NCBI GenBank assembly: GCA_963808625.1
Contig: CAWEHK010000028.1
Span: 12,625 to 76,624 of the forward strand
Reading direction: 5' to 3'
DNA: 64,000 nt
DNA from: an uncultured delta proteobacterium
Lineage (GTDB): Bacteria; Desulfobacterota; Syntrophobacteria; Syntrophobacterales; Syntrophobacteraceae
Part shown: positions 46,171-55,966 of the stretch, in pieces
How positions within the stretch are numbered: the first letter of the stretch is position 1
Layout of the letters: each line of letters opens with the position of its first letter
The notes under the pieces: model-generated
Told to the model about the DNA's origin: nothing
Database searches by the model: none
The model's input: only the letters and a program-made list of their open reading frames with translations
Position numbers and translations under genes: made by a program

Positions 46171-48250
46171 AACACCCTTACCCTAACGAAGGTATCATGG
46201 AGCGCCGGACTGCCCCCGACCTTATCCGAAACGTTTGCCGAAAGCACGCTGTCCGACACCCCCTTGTGGAAGCAGCGCGTCGCCCTTTGTGCTTCGTGGC
46301 CGAAGCCGTGGAGCATGAAAACTGTTTCCGGATGGATATGGTCGGTGACGAAGGCCCGGATGACGCCGGCTCCTTTCGAGGAGCTCACCTCCACGGACAT
46401 GCCGTCGCTGATCCCGAGTTTGGCCGCCTGTTTCGAGTTGATCCACAGGAGATTCTCCGGCACGATTTCGCTCAAATACGGATTGTTCTGCGTCGAGACA
46501 TGGGTGTGCGCAGCGCACCGTCCAACGGTCAGGCGGAACTGCCCTTCTTCGGGTCGAGGTACCGGTTCATAGGGAGGAAACGACGGGAAACCGGCGCCCT
46601 CGAGCAGGGAAGAAGCGATCTCGATCTTTCCCGACGGCGTTTTCAGCTTGATCCCATCATTGCGGTCCCAGAAAATCTGTTGACTGGCATACGACACAAA
46701 CCCCTTGGCGGAAAAATCCTCGAGCGTGAACCCCGTACCCTCCAACTGCCACCGCACCAGGTCTTCCATCGTTTCAAAGGGGAAATACCCACCGACCCCC
46801 AAGCGTTCAGCAAGTTTCTTTAGAAGTACGGAGCCCGGCAGGGTATCGTAGCGCGGCGCCACTGCCTGCAAGCGCAAAAACAGTTGCGGCTTCAGACCAT
46901 CGGCCTGCTGGACGAGTCGTCCGTTCCAGGTAGATGGATTCCGGCAGGACCACATCCGCGTACCAGGCGATATCGCTGAAATTGATATCGATGGAAACGA
47001 TCAGATCGAGCTTATCCAGGGCCTGCCTTGTGAGATTGGAGTCGGGAATCGACATCAGCGGATCGAAACGATTGGCGATAAGAGCTTTGATGGGATAGGG
47101 GTCCTCTTCCAAAATGGCAAAGGGCAGCATTTGTGCGACTCCGTGGTTGCCATCGGGAAGGGGCAGTGCTGCCGTACCCACCTTGTCGAAGCGCGGCATC
47201 GTCGGCTTGGGCAGATCCTGCTCGGTGAGCTTTCGGGGGGCCTTCCTGCCCACTTCGCCGGACCCTTTTTTGAAGAACAGCCCCCCCTCAGCCTCGATGC
47301 TCCCCATTAGAGCATTGAGGATCAGGATCGAACGCCGCAGATAGATCTCGTTGGTGTAACTGGCTCCGCGATAGCCCATGTGGAAGATGACGGCGGGCTT
47401 CTCCTGGCTTGCTTCTCGCGCCAGCGTTACAATCTCTTGGGCAGGGATACCGGTCTCGACCTCGGCCCATTCCGGGGTATAGGGGCGCACAAAATCTTCG
47501 AGCTGCGCCAGCCCGTGCACCCAGCGCTCGACAAAAACGGCGTCATAGAGCCTTTCTTTAAGGATGACATGGATCAGGGCGTAGTTGAGGGCAAGGTCGG
47601 TGCCGGGACGGATCATCCAGTAGCGGTCGGCTTTGGTCGCCGTGACGCTTACCCTGGGGTCGATATACGTCAGTTTTGCGCCCCTTTCCATCGCCTCCCA
47701 CAAGGCATTCACCGCTTTGACTTCGATGGCTTCAAAAATATTGCGCCCATAGAGAATGATGTTCCTGCTGTTCTTCAGGTCCATGCCGACCTGGGCATCG
47801 GTGTGACCGAAAAGGGAGCGACAGGCCGTGTTGACCGAACCTTTACAGAGGGCATCGTGAGTGAAGTGATTGGGTGACCCGAAGAGCACGCATGAAGGTT
47901 TTGCTCACGTGCGTGCTCAGGTTCGTCCGCTCCCCGAACAGGACGCTGTGGGCTCCATGCTTTGCGATGATGTCTTTGAGCTTGTCTGCGACAAAATCGA
48001 GGGCCTCATCCCACGTCGCTTTCCGCCACTCGCCCGCACCCCGCGCCCCCGTCCGCAGCAGCGGCGTCTGCAATCGTTCGGAATCGTTCAGCAGAGCGAT
48101 CCCCGCGGCGCCGCGGGGGCACAGGCTCCCTTCGATTCCGGGCACGTGCGGATTCCCCTGGATCCAGCTCACCTGGCCGTTCTCGGTAGTGACCCTGATG
48201 GGACACCGCACCGAACACATGAAACATAAACTGTAAACCTCTTTTGACAT
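46158..48250 (-). CDS. Mo-bisPGD oxidoreductase catalytic subunit, PhsA/PsrA (thiosulfate/polysulfide reductase)-like, no Tat signal (2 frameshifts)
   Basis: CFMCSVRC..LCPRG N-terminal 4Fe-4S, THDALC putative Mo-ligand Cys, IRPGTDLAL, ADVVLPE, KTPSGKIE, FMLHGFG. Confidence 0.88.
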
Positions 48251-48302
48251 GCTCTTTCTCCAACGAACTGAACGATTGGTCTATAAGAGATCTAATCGGT
48301 CG

Positions 48303-48665
48303 TCAAATCGAACTCAATACCTCCTCGACGTTTGCTTCCAAATCATCAATCTCGATGGGCTTGATCAAATATTTCGCAGCCCCCAGCAGCAAGGCCTGAT
48401 TGGAGGTCTCGGCAGAAGGATAGGCCGTTAGAATAACTACCTTAGCATGAGGGTCGCGCTCCCGAATGTGCCTCAGCAAGAAGATGCCGTCCAAATTCTG
48501 GAGTTTCAAATCCAATACCGTGAGGTCGGGCTTGTGACGCTCCAGCCATAACAGCGCTTCATGCCCCTCGTTGAAGGCTACAACCTCATGCCCCACGGCG
48601 GAAAGGATACGATCCAGCATGGTACAGGCATCTTGCTCGTCATCGACCACCAGAATAACCGCCAT
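48303..48665 (-). CDS. Single-domain response regulator (receiver)
   Basis: ILVVDDE, LDLKL (phospho-Asp), ILTAY, YLIKP. Confidence 0.92.
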   Translation of the reverse strand: MAVILVVDDEQDACTMLDRILSAVGHEVVAFNEGHEALLWLERHKPDLTVLDLKLQNLDGIFLLRHIRERDPHAKVVILTAYPSAETSNQALLLGAAKYLIKPIEIDDLEANVEEVLSSI

Positions 48666-48714
48666 CTGGCGTTCTCCAAACTGAGATTGAAATGAAAAAT
48701 CACTGACAGCATTA

Positions 48715-48730
48715 GGCAATTTTCATACCA
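48715..48730 (-). promoter_or_regulatory. Putative sigma54 (-24/-12) promoter for the receiver-molybdoenzyme operon
   Basis: Minus strand TGGTAT-GAAAA-TTGCC, 50 bp upstream of ATG 48665. Confidence 0.6.
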
Positions 48731-49473
48731 TAAAGGCCCGTTCCGACAATTCGCCCCCGGTGGTCAACTGCCTTGATTACTCGACATCCGCAGGGATACC
48801 AGCAGATCATGGGCCTCTCAAATCGTCATTCCCGCGTGTTTCTGGCGGGAATCGAGAGGCTGCAGAGTGACCGTAGGGAGGTGAGCACCAGTTCCAATTA
48901 CCGCTCCAGATAAATAGGCGTCCCGATGCCGATCGCCATACCGGCGAAAGCCGGTATCAGGGCAGTTTTCTGGATTCCGCTTTTCACCGGAAGGACGCGT
49001 CAAGATTATGGTCGCTTTATTGGGCGGATGTGTACGAACGGGGCGTCCAAAAATAAAAGGCCTGCTTTTACCACGAGGAACACGAAGTGATTTCTTCGTG
49101 CTTTCCGTGTTCTTCGTGGTTCAGAAAAAGGTTGAAATGGGTGCAAGTTTTTTTTGGACAGCTTTTAAGGAGCAAGGAACGAGGATCAAGGAATGAAAAT
49201 CAAACGCAAATCCGGAAGACCGCCAAATTCCGCACAGCACGCCGATGTGCCTTGCGTTCTCATGGTTTGAGCGGTTTAAAATCGCCTCTTCCTCGTCGGC
49301 CCTCGGTGCAATATTTTCCTTGCACTGCACTATTTTTATTGCACTCACCCCACCTGTTTGGCTGATAATAGGCGAAGCTGGAAGGCCTTCCTTACCTTGC
49401 TGGATCACGCGTATAGCGTCGCATGCGGCTATTGTTCGTGTTGAAGAATGACCTCGAATGATCCCTTCAGAAA

Positions 49474-49489
49474 TGGCACAAAGCTTGCT
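49474..49489 (+). promoter_or_regulatory. Sigma54 (-24/-12) promoter for the TauE/SafE gene
   Basis: TGGCAC-AAAGC-TTGCT, exact consensus. Confidence 0.78.
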
Positions 49490-49682
49490 CAAAGAGTTGC
49501 GTGATGCGAACGCTTTGGACCCAACCGACCGAGTGAGTTTAGGAATCTTCCGTCCCCCGGGTCCTGTTCCGCTTCCCCAAGCCGATGCGAATTAAGGATA
49601 GGAATGGGCGTTTTCGCTCCAAGCTCCGGTCCTTTCGTTTATGGTTGAGATGGTTGTACCTACAATTTCCAGGAGGTGATTG

Positions 49683-50910
49683 ATGAAAGTGAAAATGAAA
49701 TGGATTTTCAATTTGACGGTCGCGGTTGCCCTGGCTGTCTCCCCTCTCCTGCGGCCCTGCCGGCCTGCGCCCAGGCTCCGCAGGACGCTCCCCAGCAGGC
49801 CGCACCGGAGAAACCCCCGAGTCGTCGGGAGTGACTTGGGCCTTGCAGGGAAAATTGGTGAGGCCATCAAGAACGCTCCGGTCGGCAAGGGGAAAGGGCA
49901 GATCGATCCCGGCGCCCCGCCAGGAGTCTTCGGCATTCCCGGCGCGCCCCAGGTGAATTATATACTGGCCATTTTCTGGGCTATCTGGGTGGGGTGGATT
50001 TTCTCCACCGTTGGCGCCTTTGGCGGGATAATGGCCGGCGTCGGTCACATGAGTGTCTATGGACTGGGGGATTATGCACGGACTTTTAAGGATACCGTCC
50101 CTGCTCTCAACAAGACCCTCACCGACAGCATCCGTACCTCGAACCAGTGGCTCGTCGGTCTTTCTGCCGTATTGAGCGTCATCAATTACTTGAAATCCAA
50201 GCGCATGTCATGGCCGCTTGGCCTTGCCCTGGGCGCAGGTTCCATCGTCGGCGCCTTCAGCGCGGCCTCCCTTACCGGCGGCAAGGTCAGCTTCAGCCAG
50301 TATCAGGGATGGTTTGGTTTTTTTGTTCTGGTGGTGGCAGGATTCCTTTTTTACGAAACCACACCCCGAGGGGCAGGCCAGCAAGAAGGCGGCCAAAGCA
50401 GCGACCCAGGCTTTCGAACAAACCGTGAAGGAAAAAGGGGATGTCTGCGCTTTGGGCGTATGCGCCAAGGATTGGGGAATCACCCGGTCGACTTTCACCT
50501 TCTTCGGTTCGGAATTCAGCTTCAACCCCATCTGGGCCTTTTTCGGTGGTGTCGTTATTGCGGCAATTTCCGCATTCATCGGCGTCGGTGGCGGATTTCT
50601 TTATGTACCCTATTTAACCACTTTTGTCGGACTTCCCATGTATATCGTGGCCGGCACTTCCGCCCTGGCCGTGTTCATCAGTATGGTCACGAGCATCACC
50701 ACCTATATCCAACTGGCTGGGGCGGGCATGGACTGGGGCCTCGTCGGCATCCAGCTGGTGGGGGTTTTCATCGGCTCCATGATTGGCCCACGGACGCAAA
50801 AGTACATTCCGGACATTTGGCTGAAGCGATTGTTCATCGTCCTGGCCCTGTATGTCGGGATCGGTTACTTCACCAAGGGGTTCTTCGGCCAGGCTTGGGT
50901 GCCCATGTAA
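49683..50910 (+). CDS. Sulfite exporter TauE/SafE family protein with N-terminal signal-like extension (frameshifted)
   Basis: WVGWIFSTVGAFGGIMAGVG and IGVGGGFLYVP..AGTSAL repeats; AGGAGG RBS. Confidence 0.88.
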
Positions 50911-50985
50911 AGAGCGTTTTCCGCGCCCGGACCGCCGCCGACCGAGGGACCGGGCGCATTCATCATCCCCATGTTGAACAGGTGA

Positions 50986-51516
50986 ATGGCCATGCTGGAA
51001 TTGTTTGACACCGTCTTGATCAGTTTTTACCGAATAACCGGCAATCCCCTCTGGGACTATTTCCTCGGCACCTTCCTGCTCGCCCTGCTGGCGGTCCTGG
51101 TGGGGCAAGTTACGCTATTCCTGGTATATCGCGCCAACCGGAGCCATCTCGAGGACCTCGACAACGAGCTTGCGAACCTGAACCGCCTCACCGCCAGCGC
51201 CATGCAAATGGGCGATAAGCAAAGTTACAAGTCGCTGAACAAGGAAGCAAATGACACCTACGGACACGTTTTCTTCAACCGCTTCGGCCTTTCGGCGGCC
51301 TCCCTCTGGCCGGTCTTCTTCGCCCTGGCGTGGATGCAGGAGCGCTTCGCCCCCATCGCCATCCCGGTCCCCTGGATCAGTTTCAAGGCCAATTACTTTG
51401 TGGTATTTCTCCTGTCCTACATCGCCGCCACCATCCTCTTCCGCCGGACCAAAAGACGTCTATTCGGCTTTTCCAAAGAATCCGCAGAGCACGCCTTAGT
51501 GCCCCACACTTTATGA
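50986..51516 (+). CDS. Hypothetical membrane protein co-oriented with tauE
   Basis: Three hydrophobic segments, YKSLNKEANDTYG and SAASLWPVFFALAWMQERF motifs. Confidence 0.7.
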   Translation: MAMLELFDTVLISFYRITGNPLWDYFLGTFLLALLAVLVGQVTLFLVYRANRSHLEDLDNELANLNRLTASAMQMGDKQSYKSLNKEANDTYGHVFFNRFGLSAASLWPVFFALAWMQERFAPIAIPVPWISFKANYFVVFLLSYIAATILFRRTKRRLFGFSKESAEHALVPHTL

Positions 51517-51732
51517 TGCGTAGGTTCCCTCGTGATTAGACGGTGTCCAAAGACGCTGAACAAGCAGGTTTGTGGTGATTGCCGCGACCGATGACCCACC
51601 ATCACGCGGGAAACCAAACGAGGCCGGCATTCCCGCATGCTTTAAGTGGGAATCCAGATGCCTTGTTGTCCCAGGCCACCCGACACACACCCGCACCAAG
51701 CTTGTCCTCGCAAGTTTTGGGGATGAGTCCGG

Positions 51733-52626
51733 CTATTCATGGACCCTCTGCCCCTCGAGGATGAGCGGCAAGCCGTTCTTGGGGTTGCCGATGATGACGA
51801 TTTTGGTGTTGTTGCTGGTTGAAATTTTCTCGGTGGCTTCGATGCCTTTCCATTCGAGCAGGCTGGGGGTGATCCCCTGGGTCACGATTTTTTGGAATTC
51901 CGCGATCCCCTGGGCTTCAATCTTCTTTCTTTCCGCTTCCTGCCTTTCCCGGTCCAGGATGAACTTCATCTGCTCCGCCTGCTGCTCCGCCTGCAGCTTG
52001 CGCTCGATGGCCTCGGAAACCATTTGGGGCAACTTCACCGATCTTAGAAGCACCTTTTCCACCAGCAGCCCTTTTCCCGTGCAACGGGTTCGGCCAGCTT
52101 TTCCATCTCTGCCACAATGGCTTCCCGGCCGGCGGTGTAGAGGGCCTTGGCGTCGTACTCGGCGGTAACCGTGCGCAGCGACGCTCCGGATGAGGGGTTT
52201 CAGAATGGTTTCCTCGTAGCCCATACCGATCGTCTTGTAGATCTCCGGCGCCTTCTCGGCGAGCACCCGATTCCACACGGAAACCTCGAGATGCGTAATC
52301 AAGCCTTCCCGCGAGGGCGTATCCATGACTTCCTTCAACTCCTGGGTCCTCGTGGAAAAGACATGAATCTCGGCGAGAGGGTTACGCACATTGACCCCGG
52401 GAGTAAGAGAGGCGGGTGAGACCTGTCCCCAGAAATCCACCACTCCCACCGTGCCCGCCGAGATGATAACGAAGCACCGGAAGAGGACTCCCAGGACCAA
52501 TCCGCCAAGGGCAAACCGAACCAGCATCACCGGCGGGAAGGGTTGCATGCCGGACGCTTTTCGATAAGTCATGTACACGACCCCCAAAGCCACCGCGCTA
52601 ATTACGAAAAAGGCGATCACCAACAT
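51733..52626 (-). CDS. Prohibitin/SPFH domain membrane protein (compensating frameshifts)
   Basis: Two N-terminal TM segments, GTVGVV, AIERKLQAEQ, EAERKKIEAQGIAEFQ, LLEWKGIEAT, GLPLIL. Confidence 0.9.
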   Translation of the reverse strand: MLVIAFFVISAVALGVVYMTYRKASGMQPFPPVMLVRFALGGLVLGVLFRCFVIISAGTVGVVDFWGQVSPASLTPGVNVRNPLAEIHVFSTRTQELKEVMDTPSREGLITHLEVSVWNRVLAEKAPEIYKTIGMGYEETILKPLIRSVAAHGYRRVRRQGPLHRRPGSHCGRDGKAGRTRCTGKGLLVEKVLLRSVKLPQMVSEAIERKLQAEQQAEQMKFILDRERQEAERKKIEAQGIAEFQKIVTQGITPSLLEWKGIEATEKISTSNNTKIVIIGNPKNGLPLILEGQRVHE

Positions 52627-52647
52627 TTTCTCCTCCCCCAAAAAAAG

Positions 52648-52902
52648 CTATTCCAGGTCTGGAAGTTCCCTGCGTGACAGCAGGAGCCTTATGCTGCGGG
52701 GTTCGTACGGCTTCTTTTCAATCAAGCCCTTTCTCTCGAGCTGCACTACCATACCATGGACAGAGGGAGGAGTGGTTTTAAAGTACCTCTGCATGTCGGC
52801 TTCTGCCGGAGGATAGCCATTGAGCTTCGTGTAGTAGTATATGAACGCCAGATATTGCCCCTGCTTGTGCGTGTAACGGCCTCTCGATTTTCGCGCATCC
52901 AT
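52648..52902 (-). CDS. Small LexA-N/MarR-like winged-HTH DNA-binding protein (no peptidase domain)
   Basis: YTHKQGQYLAFIYYY..GYPPAEADMQRYF..PPSVHGMVVQLERKGLI..RSIRL. Confidence 0.82.
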   Translation of the reverse strand: MDARKSRGRYTHKQGQYLAFIYYYTKLNGYPPAEADMQRYFKTTPPSVHGMVVQLERKGLIEKKPYEPRSIRLLLSRRELPDLE

Positions 52903-53271
52903 CGATGTGCCTTTCCGCCCCTTGATCATGCATACATTGACCTGCCTCCAGGATGTCCGCCGGTTTCGTTCAAAACCCCCTGGCCCCTTTTCCTTAATGT
53001 CTTATTAAACAAGGCATCGGTCTTGAAGGATAGCGCAACCTCACCTTTGATTCAATCTCAGTCCCCGACCTGGTGCTCCAATAAGGTGGGAAGCGGGAAG
53101 CGCAGCCGGTTTCGCTGGTCTTGCCACGTCTTACGCTCGCGCTACCGGGAGATCAGCACACAATTGACCGTTTCTTTGAAAGAGGATAGCTTGCTGCTGT
53201 CACCAAGAGCAATCAAAGGTTCGCTGAATTGTCGATTTGGCGCAAAAGGTCCTCAAAAGGTGGAGCCCAAG

Positions 53272-54408
53272 ATGAAAATTCTGCAAATTGTTTTGCTGGT
53301 ATTCATTCTTTCACAACCCTCGCTCGTTCCGGGAGCACCCCAGGCCAATGCCGCCGCATCCAGCCGGCAAAAACTTCTGGTCGCCGTGACCGAGGATCCT
53401 CCTTACACGATGAAAACTGAGGATGGCCGATGGACGGGATTCAGCGTGGACTTGTGGTCCCAGGTCGCTCGCACCCTCGCGTGGGACTATGAACTCCTGG
53501 AGATATCATTCGAGGATATCATCGTGGCACTCCAGCGGGGCGCCATCGATCTCTCCATTGCCTGCATTTTTCAAACCCCCGAGAGGGAGAGGCTCTTTGA
53601 ATTTTCCACGCCCATAGGAAGCACCCGCTTGGGGCTGGCCACCCTGCCAAATAGAATCGAACATCCATGGTTGTCGGCTTTGCGCATCTTATTTTCCTGG
53701 AGTACCCTGAAAGTCCTTGGGATACTCTTCTTCATAGTATTTTTGACCGGCCTGGTTTTCTGGTTAATCGAGCGCAAACCGAACCCGGAACACTTTGGAG
53801 GTGGTTTCATCAAAGGAATCACGTCGGGCATCTATTGGGTGGGATCAACGCTAGCCTCGGGGGTTTGCTTCGGGATCGATCTGAAAACCTTGCCGGGAAG
53901 GATTGTCGGCCTTCTCTGGATGTTCGTTTGTGCGATTGTGCTGAGCGCCTTCATTGCCTCGCTCACCTCTTCGCTGACCTTGACGAAACTCACGACCCCC
54001 GTGATCCAATGGCACGACCTCAAGTCCATGCACCTCGGAACCGTAAAAGGCACGGTACCGGCAACGCTTCTGCAAAAGATGAATGCGAAATTCACGCTCT
54101 TCCCCGAAGAAGAGGACGTGTTGCAGGCACTTTTTGACAAGCGGGTGGACGGATTTCTCTATGATGAGGTCACCCTGAATTACTATGCATCCAGATCCGA
54201 TGGGCCATCCATCAGCGTGTATCCAACCGCCATGAAGCGCCTTCATTTTGCCTTCAGCATGCCCAACGGAAGCTCCATTCGAAAAGAAATCAACGCCTCG
54301 CTGCTATTGCTTATGAATGAACCCTACTGGGACTTTTTGGCGGACCACTACGGTCTTTCGGAGAATCGCAAGGAAGAACCGACTTGGGGAAGGCGAGCAA
54401 GCAAGTAA
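53272..54408 (+). CDS. Prokaryotic iGluR-like ligand-gated channel (split SBP_bac_3 domain + 2 TM + pore loop)
   Basis: Signal peptide; DPPY..GFSVDLW..TPERERLFEFSTP; TM1 ending FWLIERKPNPEHF; pore helix GIYW; KTLPGRIVGLLWM..AFIASLTSSLT; S2 lobe LGTVKGT. Confidence 0.85.
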   Translation: MKILQIVLLVFILSQPSLVPGAPQANAAASSRQKLLVAVTEDPPYTMKTEDGRWTGFSVDLWSQVARTLAWDYELLEISFEDIIVALQRGAIDLSIACIFQTPERERLFEFSTPIGSTRLGLATLPNRIEHPWLSALRILFSWSTLKVLGILFFIVFLTGLVFWLIERKPNPEHFGGGFIKGITSGIYWVGSTLASGVCFGIDLKTLPGRIVGLLWMFVCAIVLSAFIASLTSSLTLTKLTTPVIQWHDLKSMHLGTVKGTVPATLLQKMNAKFTLFPEEEDVLQALFDKRVDGFLYDEVTLNYYASRSDGPSISVYPTAMKRLHFAFSMPNGSSIRKEINASLLLLMNEPYWDFLADHYGLSENRKEEPTWGRRASK

Positions 54409-54759
54409 GTGACGGCACTGCGGCAAGACGTAAAAGAGCCGGAGAAGCGTGCTTCTTCCCGGCTCATTGAAGGATTGGGGTGGCGGAGGCACGGTGGCGG
54501 CGTAAAGCATCATGACTAACGAGGTAGAAGAGCGTTTCGCAGCAAACGATCGTTCTGATGAACGCATGCTGCCCAGGGGTTCAGGCAACTGAACCCCAAA
54601 CAGCCGATGAAGCTCACGGTCAAGGACCCGCTCGCGGGCTGCGTTGCCACCCTCCCAAAATCTTCTGTACAAAGATGTCCTTGACAGAATTGGCGACACC
54701 TGTTACCCATAAAACCACAAGAAGCAATTTCTTCTCACCTCACCCACAGGAGATCCGCC

Positions 54760-55551
54760 ATGAACAAGCAAGCCCTATGCATCGGTATTAACGACTACCC
54801 TGGTACTCAAAACGACCTCTCCGGCTGCGTGAATGACGCCAATGACTGGGCTGCCGCCCTCGGGGCGCGCGGTTTCGCTGTTACCAAACTGATCGATGCC
54901 CAGGCCAGCAAGGCGGCCATGGTCGCGGCCATAGGCAAGATCATCGGCAATGCCTCACCCAACGACACGGTGGTCATTACCTACTCCGGACATGGGACCT
55001 GGGTGCCCGACCAGAGCGGCGACGAGCCGGACCATCGTGACGAAGGCCTCTGCCCCTGGGACATCGGCCAAGGCAACGTATTGCTGGACGATGACCTGCA
55101 TGTGCTGTTGTCGAACCATGCGGCTGGCGTGCGCATCATCCTCATTTCCGACAGTTGCCACTCTGGCTCCGTTTCCCGTGGCGATACGTCCGATCTGGAT
55201 CCCGGCATGCCGCGTGCCCGCTTCCTGCCCCCGGAAGTGTGGATGACCGGCGTCACGCTGCCGACCGAAACCCCCAAGCAGCTTTCCGGCGGCATTGCCC
55301 GTGCGGGAGGCGATCTACTCATGGCCGCCTGCCTCGATACGCAGTACAGCTGGGACACAAGCTTCAACGGTCGTCCCAATGGCGCATTTACCTATTATGC
55401 CCTGAAGACCCTGGCCAAGCTGGGAGCTAACGTTAACTACTTGGAATGGTTCAAGAATATCAGCCCAACCTACCTGCCGACCAACCAGCTGCCACAGAAC
55501 CCGCGACTGTTCGGTTCCGCCAGGGCGCGCAAATGGAAAGTGTTCGCCTGA
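54760..55551 (+). CDS. Stand-alone metacaspase (peptidase C14)
   Basis: ALCIGINDYPG..LSGCVNDA, YSGHG (His 54991), ISDSCHSG (Cys 55156), GAFTY, QNP; AGGAG RBS. Confidence 0.95.
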   Translation: MNKQALCIGINDYPGTQNDLSGCVNDANDWAAALGARGFAVTKLIDAQASKAAMVAAIGKIIGNASPNDTVVITYSGHGTWVPDQSGDEPDHRDEGLCPWDIGQGNVLLDDDLHVLLSNHAAGVRIILISDSCHSGSVSRGDTSDLDPGMPRARFLPPEVWMTGVTLPTETPKQLSGGIARAGGDLLMAACLDTQYSWDTSFNGRPNGAFTYYALKTLAKLGANVNYLEWFKNISPTYLPTNQLPQNPRLFGSARARKWKVFA

Positions 55552-55564
55552 AGCAGTCAGCCAC

Positions 55565-55586
55565 CGGACGCGCTGTCGCGTCCGGT
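55565..55586 (+). terminator. GC-rich hairpin after the caspase gene (no U-tract; attenuator or processing stem)
   Basis: CCGGACGCG-CTGT-CGCGTCCGG perfect 9-bp stem. Confidence 0.4.
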
Positions 55587-55687
55587 CCGGCTGTGGCCGC
55601 ATGCAGCCTGGCCGGGAAGAGCCGGCCATAACTCTCCTCTCTCTCGATCCCGGTCGTGCCCTGCGTAACTTTGCCACTTAAGCCGCC

Positions 55688-55930
55688 ATGACCGGACCGC
55701 TTTTCATCAGCTATCGCCGCAGCCATCAGGCCGGAGCACTCGGGGTCAAGGCGATGCTGGAAACTGCCGGGTTGCACGTCTGGCTCGACCTTGATGAAAT
55801 CGACACCGATCGCACGCTGCTTGCCGAGCACCTGCTTTGGTTCTCCGAATGCGACCTCGGCAGGTTGGACAGCGATTAACGCATGATCCGTGGTTACGTC
55901 CGCCAGTTGGCCGGTCTCGAACCCGACTGA
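55688..55930 (+). pseudogene. TIR-domain gene remnant (N-terminal TIR strand/helix fused to a probable C-terminal tail; internal stop)
   Basis: PLFISYRRS..LETAGLHVWLDLDEI is the TIR_2 N-terminus; rest of the TIR fold absent; TAA at 55877 then in-frame RMIRGYVRQLAGLEPD* to 55930. Confidence 0.72.
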
Positions 55931-55966
55931 CGCCTATCCCGAATCAGCCACACCAAGGAGTCCGCC

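Noticed and set aside
47840..47870. Selenocysteine at the molybdoenzyme active site
   Set aside because: The ligand codon in THDALC is TGT (Cys); ORF breaks are frameshifts, not in-frame TGA
51733..52626. SPFH gene as part of the caspase/CHAT system
   Set aside because: Opposite strand, 2 kb away and separated by unrelated genes; no evidence of linkage from this sequence alone
52756..53271. 172-aa N-terminal extension of the channel ORF
   Set aside because: Overlaps the opposite-strand HTH gene; the signal peptide and a GGAG RBS-like site point to ATG 53272 as the real start
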